Of a DNA stretch of 64,000 nucleotides, positions 39,476 to 52,480 are shown in pieces (position 1 is the stretch's first letter; the number at the start of each line of letters is the position of its first letter). The stretch is taken from assembly GCA_023920165.1 (NCBI GenBank), contig CP089276.1, forward strand, positions 744,001 through 808,000, in the 5' to 3' direction. The notes beneath the pieces were generated by a model. It saw only the letters and a program-made list of their open reading frames with translations. It searched no databases and had not been told where the DNA came from. Origin of the DNA: Curvularia clavata. Lineage: Eukaryota. The position numbers and the translations under genes were made by a program.

Positions 39476-42400
39476 GTTGGGTTATTCAATCTTTTTTTGT
39501 AACTATACAAGTTGATTGACGAGTTTTCAAGATGACGGAAGGTGTTTGAGAAGTTGTTGAGTGCCTGGCTCAACCATGGGGGATATAGGTGACGTTTTTG
39601 TACCTTCCTATCCGCCTCGACTACCCACTTAGTTGCCACTGTGTAAGGCTGGCACATTAGAAATTCCCGCTCTCGACGCTGGGCAATGGATGATCAACAC
39701 CTCAAGAACCTGTCATCAGGCAGGAAGCCATACACAGCGCTAGAAGCGGCCCTTGGACGCATTAGTGGCTTGCGGGTACTGGCGGATGTATTGTGATTGC
39801 AACATTCTGTGCCTCAAGTACAATAGAGCTAAAGTAGACCCACAGTTAGTCGTCTGACCTGAACGCTGCCGTAGTCATATATCAATGTAGAACCATGCTG
39901 TTGATGTCGATTTCAATCCCACTTTAGATCACTGATATCGTTACAGCAGGACAAGCGTGGGGGGCGTTTGCCCTTGCCTAAATAGTACGCATCTCACATC
40001 GATCAGACCACCAGAGTTCGCCAATAGTTCAATTGTTGAGGGCTGAAAGTCACTTCACGTGCGGAGACTATGCACAATGACATTAAAAGGTTGCACAGCT
40101 TCGTTAAACCGGCGACTCGTGGCGGTTGTTGTGCTGTCCAGTGGTTCAATAAAGTCGATTGCCCAAGTACCTTGTATGTGCATGCGTTGTTGCCACCGGC
40201 TTCGAGAGGAGATGCCTTTGAGAGCGAAGCAGCAACCAGAAGAATCTTCGTCGCACCACCTGAGTTGGATGCGTATGGCCAGAGTGGTACTGACCGATGA
40301 GGAAGACTAGCCCTGACAACCAACCTCTCTTTCGTCGCTCATCAAGAACACAAAGCATGCTATTCGTGCTAAGGATGGTGACTGTACCACAGTGTTAGCC
40401 CAGTCTGCTTATATAGACACTCCAACCATTGTTTGAAGTTACCCTGCTTGTTGAACTTTGGTATTGTGATCATTCGATACCGTGCAAGCGGTCGTTAGGA
40501 GTGATGGGCGTACAGCATGTTCAGGCCAGCCTTACCTCGAATCACGTCTGGTACCGGTGTTATGGGACTGCCGTCGTGCCTCAAACAAATCACCCGCTTT
40601 CCCCTAGTTAGTATTTATACATGGAACTTTTGTAGGCAGTGGTGATGCATGCAACCTGATATCGATGCTGCGGCTAAGTCGGTGGTTTCAACAGCGTTTA
40701 ATGCCTCTAGTACGCCATGCTGACTATCGCCAAAACCATTGTGTTGGGACCTCTAGTCGCACAGTCTGCAGCTGTCTCGTGCCAGCGTCTTTTGACAGTG
40801 CCTGTATATTCACGCCGGGATGATATTTACTGTTGCTTAGTGCCAGATAAAAGGCTCATGAATACTCCGTAAGTTGGCCTGACTTGCAATGGAGCTGAAT
40901 CGGTTTCACTCTTGATGACGCTTTGGTGGAGAAGTTGGAGAAGGCGTTAATCCTTGCTCGAAGTACCTCTCCACGCGTTCTTTGGCTTGGCTGAGCTGCA
41001 TGCTGACGGTAGCCACGATTCAAGGAAGGAACTTGACCCTATGAAGCTAACACAGGGCGAATTCATGAGCTGGACGTGCTCTTAGAGGCAAAGACCAGGG
41101 CGGAGAATTCAATGTACGAGATGCCAAGCATGTGCTAACGCCGATCGAGCTTAAGGCATTGGCTCCTCGGAACCCACAACCCGCTGCTTCCCGTATCGAC
41201 GATCTACTGCCCGGCCCGTAGTATAACCGATCATCACGAGGAGAAGATTGCATGGGTCATGTGCATCCACTGGCAGCAGGTATTCTGTGTTAAGCCGACC
41301 TACAGTTATTCAACGTGATGAATGATGTCGGTCGTGGCTGTTAATTGTTGGGCATATGTATCGAGTGTTGAGCATGCCTATCAACTGTCAATGAAGCGTC
41401 GAGCGCGGTGGTTTAATATTATGTGTAATTATCAAATGTCGGACATAGTTTTTGGCTGTCGGGTATGATTGTTGAGTGCCAGACGTGTTCATGAAGTGTC
41501 GAGCGTGGCTGGTGAGTAGTGTCAAGATCGCCAATGAGTGTTGATTAATGCAAGCCGCTATACGTGCTAAGTCGTATCTGAGTGTTAGGAACGACTCGAG
41601 AGAGTACAGGATAGTGTATACAAAGAGGAGATATGTGTTTCAGAACGTGGCTTACCAAGTGTCAAGTATACTACTCGCTTTTTAGAGTTGGCTGAGCATT
41701 GGATATGATGATTGAATGTCGGAAATGTTCAGTATAGCGCCTGAATACCAGGCGTGGTCATTGAGCTGTCCACTATCAAGGGTCAAACGGGTCGAATGTC
41801 GAATGTCGGATGTTGTGTACTCAATGTTACATTTCCAGCAGTCAGTGTCGAGTGTCGCTGCCGACTGGTTTTCAAGTCATTATAAAGTGCTCATTGTTAG
41901 CGCGTCAGCGCCTCAACTGTCGGACTGTCGAGCTGTAAGATGTGAGATCATCGATCGCCAAGTCATCATATGTGGTTTCCAAGCTTCCAGGCGTCAGTGA
42001 GTGTTGCTATTGGGTGTCAGGCGAGGCTGTTCAGTATCGTTAGCCATGATCAATGCACCTAGTATCTAATATTTAGCCTCCAAAAATACCAAGCGACCGC
42101 CGAAATCATCAACAACCAATAGTTAAAGTGACTAAGTGCAACTTGTTGAACATGATTTGGTGCTACATAGGACAATGGCAACCAGACATCACTAACAGCT
42201 ACTAGTCAACAGCTGCAATTTTTGAACACCAGAACTACTATTCAAATCAATCTTCCGTATACCGCGGTTCAGCTACTCATTGGAAAATGCAGCAGTATAA
42301 ACAAGAGCAAAAAGTAGTTTGGTACGCGCCACACGGCGTACAATGTTCACGAGACTGTCAGCCTCCTTCTCACCTTCAATCATCGCGTACCTACATTCAG

Positions 42401-42996
42401 ATACCTGCAGGCGCCTGTCCCCAATAAAAACCAAGGTAAAGTTCCGCGGATCTAAATTTGTAGATTGCGAGCGCGAGTTGGCATCCATCGCCGAGCTGTC
42501 AAAAGCGCCACAATGGACCAATGCGCAATGTCTTCCGCTAGCGTTCGAATATCTTCCTCTAAACGGAAAGCAGTTTAATCTAAGCGTCCATCAAAATCTT
42601 GGAACGCCGTTCTCCCGCTTCGGCAGAAGCTTAGTTGCTGATCTTTCCCGAACAGAGTCTTGGTGTTACTCTGAAGAATCTATCCTTCCCGATGCAGATT
42701 GGAAGTCACCAGCCACGTACGAAACCGCGCATTTATGTCTCCATTATTACAACACTCAAGTTCATATGGCACAATGGAGAGATGTTAATTGGTAGTCGCC
42801 GTGTGGAGGCTCATATAACAACGACAAGCTGAGCCGAATGCGACTCATGGAACTGTACAACGAAGCGCGATGACGACCACGTTAGCATTCGAACACCAAA
42901 TTGGTGGATAAGATATGACGATATGATAGAGAAGGCGAGGTTTAAAAGCACAGAGGTGAGTCTCTAGATTCTTTCATACCACGAACTACAGCAACC

Positions 42997-44501
42997 ATGC
43001 GCTCCACCATTGTACTATCGCTCCTGGCTGCGCCTTCAGCACTAGCATTCCCATGGTTGAAGCCCGAGGGTCTCGAAGCTCTGCTGAACCATCCAGAAGC
43101 ACGGGCTGAGATTGAGAGTCGTCTACAAAACCGCGATGCCGCTTCAGCAGAGCCCCGTCAACTCGGCACTGGCTTGATACCTGGACTCGTTGATCTGCTA
43201 GGAGGCACCTTGAAAGCTGTTCTAGATCCTATACTTGGTCTGATTCCCATGAATGATTCTGTGAATGGTTTGAAAAGGTTTCCTGAAGGCATGCACCCCC
43301 CAAGCAACCGTCCATATGTCACTAACAAACCACAGCAAAATACCCCTTTCAGGCTCCCGGTCCTACTGACCAGCGTGGTCCCTGCCCAGGTCTTAACACG
43401 CTAGCGAATCATGGCTGTAAGTTCGTCGACTTTGAATAACCTATTAGTAGACTGACAAACATAGACATTCCCAGAAATGGCATCGCAACAATTGGTCAAA
43501 TCCAAGCAGGAACGCAAGCTCTTTTCAACATGGGGGCCGACTTCAGCGCCCTCCTGGCCACGGGCGGAGCCATTGACGGTGGTGACATCCTTTCGACAAA
43601 GATGAGCATCGGCGGACCAGACTCCCGTGTGGGTATACTGAACGGTGCACTCAACTCGCTCCTGGGCACTCCATCCGGCATCGCAGGTCACGGCAAGTTC
43701 AACGAAGGCGACGCATCCGCCACACGCCTTGACTTCTACCTCGAAGGCGACAACATCTCCTTCCGCCCCGAGCTATTCAAGCAAATGCACCAGCAAGCCC
43801 TCGCCGTAGGCAACGGCACCTACAGCGTTGACGCCATCAAAGCCCACTTCAAGAACCGGTATGCAGCATCCAAAGCTGCAAACCCCCAGTTCTACTTCAA
43901 CCTACCTTCTGCCGCCGTCGTCATGGGCGCATACTACTTCATCCCTGGCTTCTTCTCTAATGGCACCATTGGCGCCGGTGGCATTGCAAACGAAGCTTCC
44001 ATCACGAGCTTCTATGGTGCAAAGCCCGCTCGCGCCGGTGCGTGGGACGATCCTGACCTCGAGTACACACATGTGCCTGAGCGCATTCCAGAGCAGGGCT
44101 GGTACCGTCGAGCCACTCCTATGACCGTTGCGGAGGCTGTTGCCGGCATCCTCGACGTCTACCTCTCCACTGGTCCCGCGCTGGGTGGCGCCGGTGCTGA
44201 CCAGTCCTGGGTCGTGGGCCCCTTGGATCTTCCGAATAATGCACAAGCGCTGGGATGTTTCTTGTACAACGCCGTTTATGCTAATTTCCCTAGCGAGCTG
44301 TTCAACACGGTTGCGTTGGTCGAGACGGTCGTCAATTTCTTAAGTAGTTCGTTGGTGCCTGGATACAAGGCACTGGGGTGCATGACTAACTTCCCGGATA
44401 TGAGTGGTTTGGAGCCCGGGAGGTATGATGAATGGGCAAAAACCTATGTGGGAGAGGCGAAGACTAAGGCGATTGGGAGCGGATGGTACAAGCAATCATA
44501 G
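42997..44501 (+). CDS. Secreted heme-thiolate peroxidase / unspecific peroxygenase (introns 43289-43335 probably GC-AG, 43417-43464)
   Basis: Signal peptide and propeptide, DQRGPCPGLNTLANHG|YIPRNG (PCP heme ligand), HGKFNEGDASATRLD (EGD motif), ERIP..GWYRR. Confidence 0.92.
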
Positions 44502-44818
44502 TGGGGTTTGGTGCAGGCCTACTGTTGGAGAGCTTGTTGAATCACTGCGATGCACCAGGATACAATGACCAAGGTCGATTTCATATTTCTGGCATAATAG
44601 CACTTCACTCGACTGTGGTTACGTGTTGGAATTCCTCTGTTGGGGTTGGTACTATATTCGTTCAATTCAATATCAACAATTGCGTCCCAGCACTCGTTTT
44701 GGCTGCTTCATTGTGGATCGCCCCTTGATCACCTCAGCTTAATCACGCATCGTGGCACAACGCCGAGACAACCCCTTATTTTTTCCCGTGCACAAACACT
44801 CACGACTCAGCTGCTCAC

Positions 44819-45735
44819 TCACTCGTGTACGTTGATACCATACACATGATAAGGAAAATCCTTCAGGCTATACCTCATCTCCGCGACCCCATCCTCTGAG
44901 AGCATACGCCCGTCCTCAGCCAGAACAGGGCCATCGCCACTTCCCTCAACCGGAGTCCCAAAGTCAGGAGCCTCACCATTTTCCTCCGTTCGACCCATGA
45001 GTACATCCATTTCACGCCCCTTGCATACTTCCGCCAACCCCGGATGCGGCACCCACACCACTCGCATGCCCGCACGCCTCGCAGCCTCCACCCCCGCTAT
45101 TGAGTCTTCAAAAACAAGACACTCTTGAGGCGTGAGTGGGCGCTCACCACGCGCCGTCTTTTTAGTATTCAGCCTCTTGAGAGCCAAAAGGAATATATCC
45201 GGCTCAGGCTTCTTCTTACTATCAGACATTTCCGGATCGTCACCAAACACATGCAAGGCAGGATCATCAAACGCACGTGTGATGATTGGCAAATGAGATG
45301 TTTTGAGGGCAAACTTTTCACGCCCCGCCGAGCTGGCTAGCGAGAGCAGTATTGGTGGCGATGTCTTGGATCTCAGCGTGCTGAGCAGATCGTTCACGCC
45401 AGCTAGTACCGAGCTGTTCCGGAACAGATGCGTGTGCTGCTTTTCTTTCGCTGACCATTCTGCGGGTGTAAGCGGTACCTGCGCCCAAGCCAACAGGCGA
45501 TTGGTGCCCTGGTTATGCGGCGTGAGCAGTTCAGCTGTATTTCTTGGTGCGGGGAACAGGAACTTACTCGTGAGCCTCTGCTTTGTTGGGTAGCTTTGAT
45601 GGTCCATGGGTAGTCGGGCCGTCCATACTCGCGAAGAATGTTATTGTAAATGTCTGTGTAGATGTCCTCAGAGTTTATCAGGGTGCCGTCTACATCGAAG
45701 ATGCATGCCTGAATGGGGGTTGGGTTCTGAGTCAT
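44819..45735 (-). CDS. HAD-superfamily phosphatase, HDHD1/GS1 (pseudouridine-5'-phosphatase)-like (intron 45567-45509)
   Basis: Motif I FDVDGTLINSE, LASS, KKPEPDIFLLAL, CLVFEDSIAGVEAARRAGMRVVWVPHP. Confidence 0.88.
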
Positions 45736-48393
45736 TTTTGCTAGGGCAAGTTACAGCTCATGAGGTGTGGCGCGACATCGAGACTCAGGTGTAGATGGTG
45801 TGAGGGTCCCATCTCTGCCGTCCCCGCTGGTCTACCCCGCAGACACTAACAAGGCTTGGGAACAGCTCACTTCACAAGTTTTGTTTCTTCATGAAGCCAC
45901 GGCGCTTCATGCACGCCACGCTCAGTGTTTTTATTGAGAAGAACTTCCCGTCTCCGCCAGGGTGTACCACACTGTGTGCATGTGACTGTCCATGTAGCGC
46001 TGAGTGTGGGGCATAGATAGGTGCAAAGGGGACGATTGATGCATTAGGTAGGTACGATGCACACCAAGTTGGCATTAAGTGTTGTGGAGAAGGTATAGAT
46101 ATGTGGAGCGATGGCCTGCCCTCGTAGAGCTGAAGCGTTTATCAAATCTATCAGGGATATCGGGGCCATGATAAAGTGGTGGCGTAGAGAGAATGACCAG
46201 ACACTTTGAAGTCTAGATGTGACGGTGAAGGCTATTCATTCCAAAGCAGTTAGCAATTGACCTTGAGGATTGGCGTTTGCAAACATAGCAACGCAACCAG
46301 ACACATGCCGTGTTCGTCAGCTGGTGATTTCCTCATCAGGCCACCAATGGCGTTGTCCGCGGATGGATCTCGCTTCGATCTTGCTCTTTCAAGACACATC
46401 CCTGGACTCAACGGCCTAATGCAACTGGTAAGACACGATTACACTAGAGCATCACGATTCACAGAATAGCGGATGGACGGTTGCTTCAGAATACCGCACT
46501 CGCACTCGTCTACCAGCGCGTCGGGCACGCTGTGGAACTGTTCACGACCATGCCGAATACTCTTGTCGGATGTGGGTTTGCCGCAAGGCTGGAATGTTCA
46601 AGTGTCGGCAAAGGAAAAACATTTGCATCCGACCCATGGGATATTTCCACGCTTGGCAGGGTTCCTGGTGGCTTGCGGGATGTGCGCCTAGTGTACACTC
46701 GCTCCTCTTGGCAGACGATACAGGACACCGATCTGCTGGTGTCCGAATCGACGCGCTTGCGCAAAGACATTTCAGAAAAGGGGCCATCAGCAACTCATAT
46801 GATTGGTCAGGAGATACCAACCTCGCTTTTTGAAATGACGTTGGCGTATTTTGCATCTTTGGTGCGCTTACGGCTACTTAATCGAGGCCGCAACTAAAAT
46901 CGGCGAAGAAGTTATAGCTTCCCGGGTTGCAGAGTTGTGCAAAAACGGCGCAAGCGGAGTACGACTCGAGCAACCTAGTAGATACAGCTGCTGAATCAGC
47001 TTCTTTCCGCTCTACCGGTGAAGATGGGGTGGTAGGAAACGCAAGAAGAAGCAAAGCTGAAAAGATAGCGGCCCACCTGCTTGGACATGCAAGCGAGTCT
47101 TGCAAGGATGCTCCCTAATCTCGACTTTGTGTAGTCTAAAAATGAGCAGAGATAGCAAATGGCAAGGGCCATGACTTGGATGCTCCTGTTACTAGCTTAG
47201 CTGCCCGAGTAGTGAAGTGGCGGCGACGTTGGCAAGGCTGAGGCTCGAGTCACATGCTGCTCACTGTCCAGCCAGAAGTCTACTACCATGGGCCGGCCTG
47301 TCTTGGCCATCTCGACTAGAAGCCGTATATTCGCGCGCTAGCAAAGCCACACTTGGTTGCCCATTTTGCAAAGCCCAGCGACAGCGTTTCTCAGCAGAGA
47401 ACTCTCCACCCACACTCGGCCGGGCCAAGCAGCCACAGGCGGCTCACACTCGTGCCAGGGCCTCTGTGCGAGATTACCAGGGGGAAACATGTGCTCCTGC
47501 CTTCGCCCAATGCGGAGCCGCTCACGTATCTGTTGACCCGCTGCATGCCCAAGGGCAGATATATCGATCGTGACGGATTTGGTGTTGCAACCAACGCTGT
47601 GGGCAGTCGGACAAGCTAGCCCAAGTGCAGCGGCCTCACGGTGCTATACTTAGCCCTGCACCCACGTCAGCGGGTCCGTCTCTTCCGTGAACTCTAGACA
47701 CACCGTCTCAACTCTGTCTTTGCAATCGGCTGCGTGCCATGTGTATGCACTACCATGGTGCAACCTGGACCCTGAGATCGCCCCGTGGGGTCTTAACGGC
47801 TACTCCCTGACCGCGAGGCTTCCGGGAAGTTTTAGCAAAAAGCCCCCCCCAGCACCGTGGAGCTGCAGTGTCCAGCCAGCACAAGGCCAACACCTCACGG
47901 ACAGTCAAATTAATCCCTAGCTTAGCCTCTTGGCTGATTGGCTGTGATAAGACGCGATACGTATCTGGCCATACCAAGCGCGGGACGCATGCCCTAAGCG
48001 AGTAGCAACAAGATAGCGACATCCGGTCTCTTCCTATTTCGCTTGTCAGCCGTAATACGGGACCTCGACTATTGAATCAGTGCAGTTTTTCTAGCTGGTT
48101 CCTGCTCGCCCTTGACGCCACTGCCATGCACCTCTCCCGTGCCCCCCAACCAAACTACCGACGCTACTTGGGTGACCGAGTTTTTTGCGTCTCGTAAGGC
48201 AGCGACCGAATTAGGCGTGCTATGGGTCATGCTTTCGAAATCAGTCAGTGTCCACCATCATGGCCAGCATATATAGATACCGGCCTCGATGCCACCGAGG
48301 ACATCCAGGGTTCATCGACCAGGCGCTTCTTTCTGCCCGTCGAGACTTTTCTCGGCCTTGTCTTATTCTGCCACTCGTTTGATAAACTTCCGT

Positions 48394-51248
48394 ATGCCGC
48401 ACATGGCCCGCCATAGTGCTCCCCGGCTGTCAGCCGGTCGACTGCTCGTAGTACTGTCGTTGGCATATTCAGTCAGTGCACAGGGATGGCAACTTGAAGG
48501 TTGCTATACCGACAGCGTTCAAGCAAGATCGCTGTCGGTCGGAATGGGTGTAGCTGGCGGCATGACCAACGCCAAATGCAAGGACGCATGCCGAGCAGCA
48601 GGCTATGTACTTGCTGGCACTGAGTATGCCGGAGAATGCTTTTGCGACAACCAAATACGGAATGCGGGCAAGCCAGCGCCAGATGGCAACACTGGTTGCA
48701 ATATGGCCTGCAATGGAAACCAGACAGAGATGTGTGGTGGCCCTGATCGTTTAACCTTTTGGAAATTCTATACGGGTACAGAGGCGTCGTCTTCCTCTAC
48801 TGCTGTTTCCAGTGCACCTGCGTCCAGTGCACCTGCATCCAGTGCTGCCGCTTCCAGTGCTGCTGGTACCACCAGCACTTCGGCCACTTCCTCCAGCGCG
48901 TCCAGTGCCGCACCGACCGCCACTGGTCTCCCGGCAGGCTTCTCGTACAAAGGCTGCTACGTCGATGGACCTGGGTACCGTATTCTCAACAACCAACAGC
49001 CCGATGACCAGACCATGACTGTTGAATCATGCACCAAGAAGTGTGCCCAGGCTGGTTACACGATTGCAGCTATGGAGTACAGCTACCAGTGTTTCTGTGA
49101 CAATGTCGTAAGTCTGGAAATGGTCCTCTCTTTGCGCTCGTTCACTAACTGGAACAGATCCGGATGGGAGGCAAGCTCGCTCAGTCCGAGTCCGAGTGCA
49201 ACACCAAGTGTGCGGGCAACCAAGCCCAGACATGTGGAGGTGGCAACAGAATGAGCATTTATTCCAGCCAGGATCCCGTCAAGGTTCTTCAACCACCAAA
49301 GCCTGTACAGACTGTTGACGGCTGGACATACCAGGGCTGCATTACTGACAATGTCAACGGCCCAGTGTTTCCATGGAAGTTGGTCAATCAGACTGGCAAC
49401 ACCCCGCAGTGGTGCTTGAGCCAGTGTAAGGCATTCGGCTTCATGGCAGCAGGAATGGAGTATGGTGAAGAGTGCTACTGTGGTGATTTGGATGGCATCC
49501 AGAAGACCGGTTCAACGGTTGCCCCCGAGTCGGATTGTAACACGGCATGCTCTGGTGACCCAGAGGCACTCTGTGGCCAGGGTAATCGTCTCAGCTGGTA
49601 CAAATGGACGGCCGATCCTCTGTACGTCTGGCAATATCCTACCGGTAATGCAGCGGGGCGGTATGAATTCCTTGTGGGAGGACCCATCATTCCCTTGATT
49701 TCACAGCCTTCCGTCGTTGGCAAGGTCACTCTCCTCGAGAAGTTCGGAACTGGAGAGCCCAACACGACTGGTGCTTACGAGCTCGATCCTTCCATTGGAG
49801 GAGACATCTTCCACGCTTTCCGTGAGATGACTGGTATCAAGACCGACATTTTTTGCGCTGCCGGATTGACTCTGCCGGATCGTGCTGGCCGCCAGATCAA
49901 TATTGGTGGATGGTCCACTGACTCCTTGTTCGGCGTGCGCATCTACTGGCCAAATGGAAAGCTCGGAGTCAACGGTACAAACCAATGGCAGGAGGACGTG
50001 AACAGCGTGAAGCTGCAACAGGGTCGCTGGTATCCCACTGGTCTCGTGATGGCCAACGGCTCTATGCTCATCGTTGGTGGCCAAGATGGCTCCAACGGTC
50101 GACCGGTTCCTAACATGGAGATTTTGCCCAAGGCCGGACCTGTCAAGTTTGCGCAGTACTTACAAGACACCGACCCATTCAACCTATACCCCTTCCTCGT
50201 GGTGCTACCATCCGGTGGCATCTTCATCCAGTACTACAACGAAGCACGTGTCCTAGATGAGGTCACTCTGGACACGAAGAAGATTCTGCCAAAGGTTCCA
50301 GCTGCTGTCACTGACCCCACCGGAGGCCGCACATACCCATACGAAGGTACTCAGGTTCTTCTTCCCCAATACTACCCTTACACCGATCCTCTTGAGGTTC
50401 TCATCTGCGGTGGCGCCGCCAGGAACCCACGTGTCGGACTCGACAACTGCGCCAGCATTGCACCAGATGCTACCAACCCTCAGTGGACGCTTGAGCGTAT
50501 GCCTTCCAAGCGTGTCATGTCTTGCATGGCCACGCTTCCCGATGGAACATTCTTGATTCTTAACGGAGCCGAGACTGGTGAGGCAGGCTTCGGTCTTGCT
50601 GACAACCCCAATCTGAACGCAGTCCTGTATGACTCCAGGAAGCCCAAGCACAGGCGTATGAGCGTCATGGCGAACACGACCATTCCTCGCCTGTACCACT
50701 CCGAGGCTGTTGTCATGGATGACGGTCGAGTACTTGTGTCCGGTTCCGACCCGGAGGACAACAAGCACCCACAAGAGCACCGATTGGAGGTCTTCCTTCC
50801 GCCGTACCTTCTCTCTGGAATCGCACAACCGACCTTCGATCTGCCCCAGAACGACTGGATCTGGGAAACCGACTACTCTTTCACCGTCACCTCTACCCCT
50901 GGTGGTGCCATCAAGGTTTCGCTTTTGGGCGCTGAGTCTAGTACACATGGTAGCTCCATGGGTGCTCGCATTCTCTTCCCTCAAGTAACATGCTCAGGCA
51001 CGAGCTGCACAGTTAAGGCACCCAAGGGACCGTACATTGCGCCAGTGGGTTGGTACCGCATGTTTGTCCTCGCCGGCGACACTCCTTCTCATGCTAAATG
51101 GGTACGCATTGGTGGCGATCCCGCTGGGCTAGGAAACTGGCCTAACGCGGATGCTTTCAAGCCATTGCCTGGCCTGGGTCCAGTGAACGTGGGCACTACC
51201 AAAATGGCCCGATCAGACGCAACCGTGGCTCGTGACTTCCGTGGTTGA
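48394..51248 (+). CDS. Secreted copper radical oxidase (AA5_1 glyoxal oxidase) with three N-terminal WSC domains (intron 49108-49157)
   Basis: Signal peptide (start ATG 48394 or 48403) and three GC(Y/I)xD...C...EY..(E/Q)C(F/Y)C WSC repeats. Catalytic residues in DIFCAAG, RWYPT, RLYHS, STHG. Confidence 0.94.
48808..48867 (+). repeat. Four 15-bp TCCAGTGC... tandem units encoding the SSAPA/SSAAA linker between WSC domains
   Basis: tccagtgcacctgcg / tccagtgcacctgca / tccagtgctgccgct / tccagtgctgctggt. Confidence 0.85.
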
Positions 51249-52480
51249 AATAATGACGGATAGTATCTGTCTGTTAATGATTATTGTGGAAAGTTTATCA
51301 TTCTTTGTAATGAGATGGGAACTTGCTGGTTGAGGGTGACAAATGTTACCTGGCAATTCTTCATTTCGTCCTTGCATATTTATTGTTTCTACTAGAGAAG
51401 CATCCGTAGTCATAATGTTATTTTCCTGTAACGAACCCATTCTTGAGTGCGATGATGCGTGTGTTTGTATACCAGATGAAGCCAACTGCCCTTGTTAGTG
51501 AGCATGGCCTTGCCCACTTTGTATCAGATCCGAGGGCAGTCGCCGCAGAAAACATTGAAATAGTAGTCAATTTACAATTTGAAGAGGCGCTCCGTTTGTT
51601 CAGCATTGCGGACCGGTGACGATGGATGATGGAAAAGCGACACAAGACACAACTGACGTAGCTACCAGCTGAGAGTACATGTCACGTGATAGGGTCCACG
51701 GCAAATCTAGCCGGGAGGATCTCAAGGATCCACCTCAACACCATTCCAACAGCCAATACGGTCCATATGCGCGCTTCAGTGACAGGGAGGGCCCGCGCCG
51801 CCTTGGCGCAGGGCCACGGCAGTCTTCTCCCCTCCAGCTACCACTATGATGGCTGCCGCTTACATAGCCTTCACCAATGGGAAAATCATGTGCAGCAACC
51901 TCGTATACTGGTTTTCGCCGATTCGCTCTTCTCATCAACCACCGGCGAACACATGCGTCGTCAGCAAATCACAGCTTCCAACAAACGCGGCCTTGACGCC
52001 CGTAATCCCGTCTCCCGCCTTCCACCTACCACAATCTACTCAAGAATACGTTGCTCATCCGTTAGCAAGATCTTGTCCTAGCGGCATCTAGTCATATGTC
52101 CGCGACATAGCGAAGGACGCAATGCAGTCTACTCAGCACTCGATGGTTTTTCCGTAGATGCGTATCAAATGTACTAGCAACTTGCGTGTCCATCTCATAC
52201 GCTAGACCTGTCTCCACCAATTCCGAGGGCGTCTGTTGTGACTAAAACAATTATTCCTCGTGTGAATATGGGGATGGCAAATTCCGTCGAGCTACACGCA
52301 ACATCGACATGATTGGGTGGGAGGCCTGAAGAATGACGCCGCAACCAGTACCATACCCATCATACTGGTTCGCTTTATCGGAAAGCTAGGCTTTTCGCGA
52401 ATTGTTCACTCGTTTTCCCAGGAAGCTCAAAACCTACATTTAGCCTCTCATGTCTTGCTTCTTCTTTGCCAGTAGCAACA

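Noticed and set aside
42319..42795. 158-aa ORF upstream of the peroxygenase (also ORFs at 16496-16834, 40070-40300, 46481-46897, 51686-52081)
   Set aside because: No recognisable motifs or supporting splice signals, so they cannot be supported without homology or RNA data.
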